NCBI GenBank assembly: GCA_028534125.1 | Contig: JAPYYK010000086.1 | Span: forward strand, 4,216,001-4,280,000 | Reading direction: 5' to 3' | Source of the DNA: Lama glama | Taxonomy: Eukaryota | DNA: 64,000 bases | Part shown: positions 62,171-64,000 of the stretch, in pieces | How positions within the stretch are numbered: the stretch's first letter is position 1 | How the letters are laid out: each line of letters begins with the position of its first letter | Made by a program: the position numbers and the translations under genes | Notes under the pieces: model-generated | Told to the model about the DNA's origin: nothing | Databases searched by the model: none | The model's input: only the letters and a program-made list of their open reading frames with translations

Positions 62171-62574
62171 AATGTAAACCCAGTGGGCAGTGTTATTTGG
62201 GGCAGGGCTTCTTTTGGATTGAAGACCTCTCCTCAGGCTGAAAAAGGGTGAGCGGCCTCCGTGCGCTGTCAGCCGTGGACACCGTCCGCACTGAGTGCGC
62301 ATCTGCAGGGAGAACGTTCTGTCGCCTGTCAGTGTATTGTGTGCTTAATACGTTACCAGTAGGTGCCTCTTGTCCCTGGGCCTTACCCAGCTTAGAAGTC
62401 TTCTGAGGGCTCTGTTCTAGCAGTGACCATTCTGGCATAGCTCTCGTGATTAGGGCTTTTTCACAGATTTAAGAGATACTTCATTTTGAAAACATCCAGT
62501 TCACTTGTATCTCTTAAAATAAAAAAAAACAAAACCCCGCAGAGCATTTGTCCTGAACACTGCATTTTACCTTT

Positions 62575-62721
62575 CTTTTTTAATTTTTTTTTACTTTTTA
62601 AAAAATTTTTAGTTGGGGGAAGTCATTAGGTTTATTTATTTTTAATGGAGGTTCTGGGAATTGAACCCAGGACCTTGTGCATGCTAAGCATGTGCTCTGC
62701 CACTGAGCTGTACCTGCCCCC
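62575..62721 (-). mobile_element. Vic-1-like tRNA-derived SINE (camelid)
   Basis: Reverse strand GGGGGCAGGTACAGCTCAGTGGCAGAGCACATGCTTAGCATGCACAAGGTCCTGGGTTCAATTCCCAGAACCTCCATTAAAAAATAAATAAACCTAAT has A and B boxes and an A-rich tail; degenerate TSD TGCAnnTTACCTTT at 62561-62574 and 62723-62736. Confidence 0.85.
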
Positions 62722-63483
62722 GTGCACGTTACCTTTTGCGGGAGTGGTTCTCAGCCCCGGCATGTAAGAGTCATCAGTGAAGACTCAAAAAGATACAGAT
62801 TCTTGGGTCCCCCAGCCCTAGTGAGTTGGTCTCTAATCTGCAGCCAGTGTTGAAAATCTTGTCAGATCTCTGTGTCGCACAGGTAATGTCTTTGAACACT
62901 TGGACATTCAGAGGTTTGGGGTTTTTTTTAAAGATTTAAAAGTAAGAGCGACATGAGGGGAATCACTTTTTCTCTGTTTTGTTCACATAGTGGGTGTTAC
63001 TAAACATTACTGTGAACTGTGAAAAAACCAGTGGGTCAGTCACCCTCGGGCCAGATGGAGCAAGGAAGGAGGAGGGAAGGGGCACAGGGGCCGCAGAGGT
63101 TCACGGTCCTTTCCGCGGGTACCCCCTCCCCCCCCCCCCCCGATCATGGAACGGTGTCCTGTCCTTACAGGACTGTGTGTCTGTCTCCCTCAAGAGGCGA
63201 GCCGCTGCAGGACAGTGGCTGAGACCGCTCTGTGCGCTGCATTTAGGACCGTAACTGTTACATGCCTGAATGAAAGACTCTCCCCCGAGGGCTCTGCATG
63301 GAGACAGTTAGCAAGCTGTTCTCTTGCTTTGGATCTCACTAAGACTACTCTCAGGTTTATAAAATTTTGAACACTTGTGAATACTATATTCCAGAAACCA
63401 TAATGGCAGACTGACCTGGGGAAAAGTTTTATTTCTGCGACTGGACTGCCGACATCAGTGACTTTCGATTGTGGAAACTAGTT

Positions 63484-63502
63484 TGAACACTAGATGGCAG
63501 TA
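63484..63502 (+). promoter_or_regulatory. Candidate CTCF site in CRBN intron 4
   Basis: TGAACACTAGATGGCAGTA, one core mismatch to CCACTAGATGGCAG. Confidence 0.45.
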
Positions 63503-64000
63503 GACCATTAACGCTGAAAACAAGGCAAGGGATTAACACCTGACTCTAGTTGTGAGGCTGGGAAAGCGCACGGTCTCCCTGGTATTCCTTCGATCCCACC
63601 CCCCCCATGGCGTCTCACTAAAGGGTCTGTCTTAATGTCAAAGATCTCCATGGAGTTAGAATTCTCTGGTTCCACGGCCCTTCTGGTCCCGTAGCCACCT
63701 TCACTGGAATTGGTGAAGTGGAGGAAACTGTGGAGGTAATCTGCTAGCAGCTCCTCTTTTTTTAAACAAGGCAACTAGGTGCCAGAGAGGTTGACAATTG
63801 GCCTGAAGTTATTCAGCCAGTAGGCACAGCCGGTTGGCTCTAGGTCCCCGGCTTCCAAACCAGTGCTCTTCCCGCTGTACCACGATTCCTCCAAGCACAC
63901 CTGCAACTCAGGGCAGCCTCCTTTTCTTTTAGTAGCGTCGTAGCAGGTAGCTGTCATTCGTCTTTTACATAAATGACCCTTCGTATATAACAAGTACACC

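Noticed and set aside
62650-62721. tRNA gene
   Set aside because: The tRNA-like head continues into a SINE body with an A-rich tail and TSD, so it is a SINE.

Overview
Mammalian genomic DNA, most likely a camelid (a Vic-1-type tRNA-derived SINE lies at 62575-62721). About 1-56,300 is gene-poor sequence upstream of CRBN and is dominated by ancient interspersed repeats: L1, L2, MIR, MLT1/MLT2/MER21 LTRs, MER3/MER5/MER20 and a Tigger remnant. From about 56,310 the window holds the CpG-island promoter and coding exons 1-4 of cereblon (CRBN) on the + strand (56535-56601, 60015-60130, 60739-60941, 61713-61862). All have GT-AG sites and a continuous reading frame, and the gene continues past the window. 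I see no new multi-gene system, and nearly all ORFs in the supplied track are spurious. The most unusual observations are: (1) a sharp GC/CpG-rich patch over CRBN exon 3 that looks like a GC-biased gene conversion tract altering Lon-domain residues; (2) a head-to-head chimera of a cofilin-1 (CFL1) 3'UTR retrocopy and an L1 3' end inside a solo MLT2 LTR; (3) a young TSD-flanked insertion of an L1 tail carrying extra 3' sequence; (4) a 120-bp microhomology-flanked tandem duplication; (5) divergently oriented CTCF motifs and an orphan CpG patch upstream of CRBN. Repeat subfamily names and orthologue comparisons are from recalled consensus sequences and need RepeatMasker or BLAST confirmation. Repeat boundaries are approximate unless TSDs are given.
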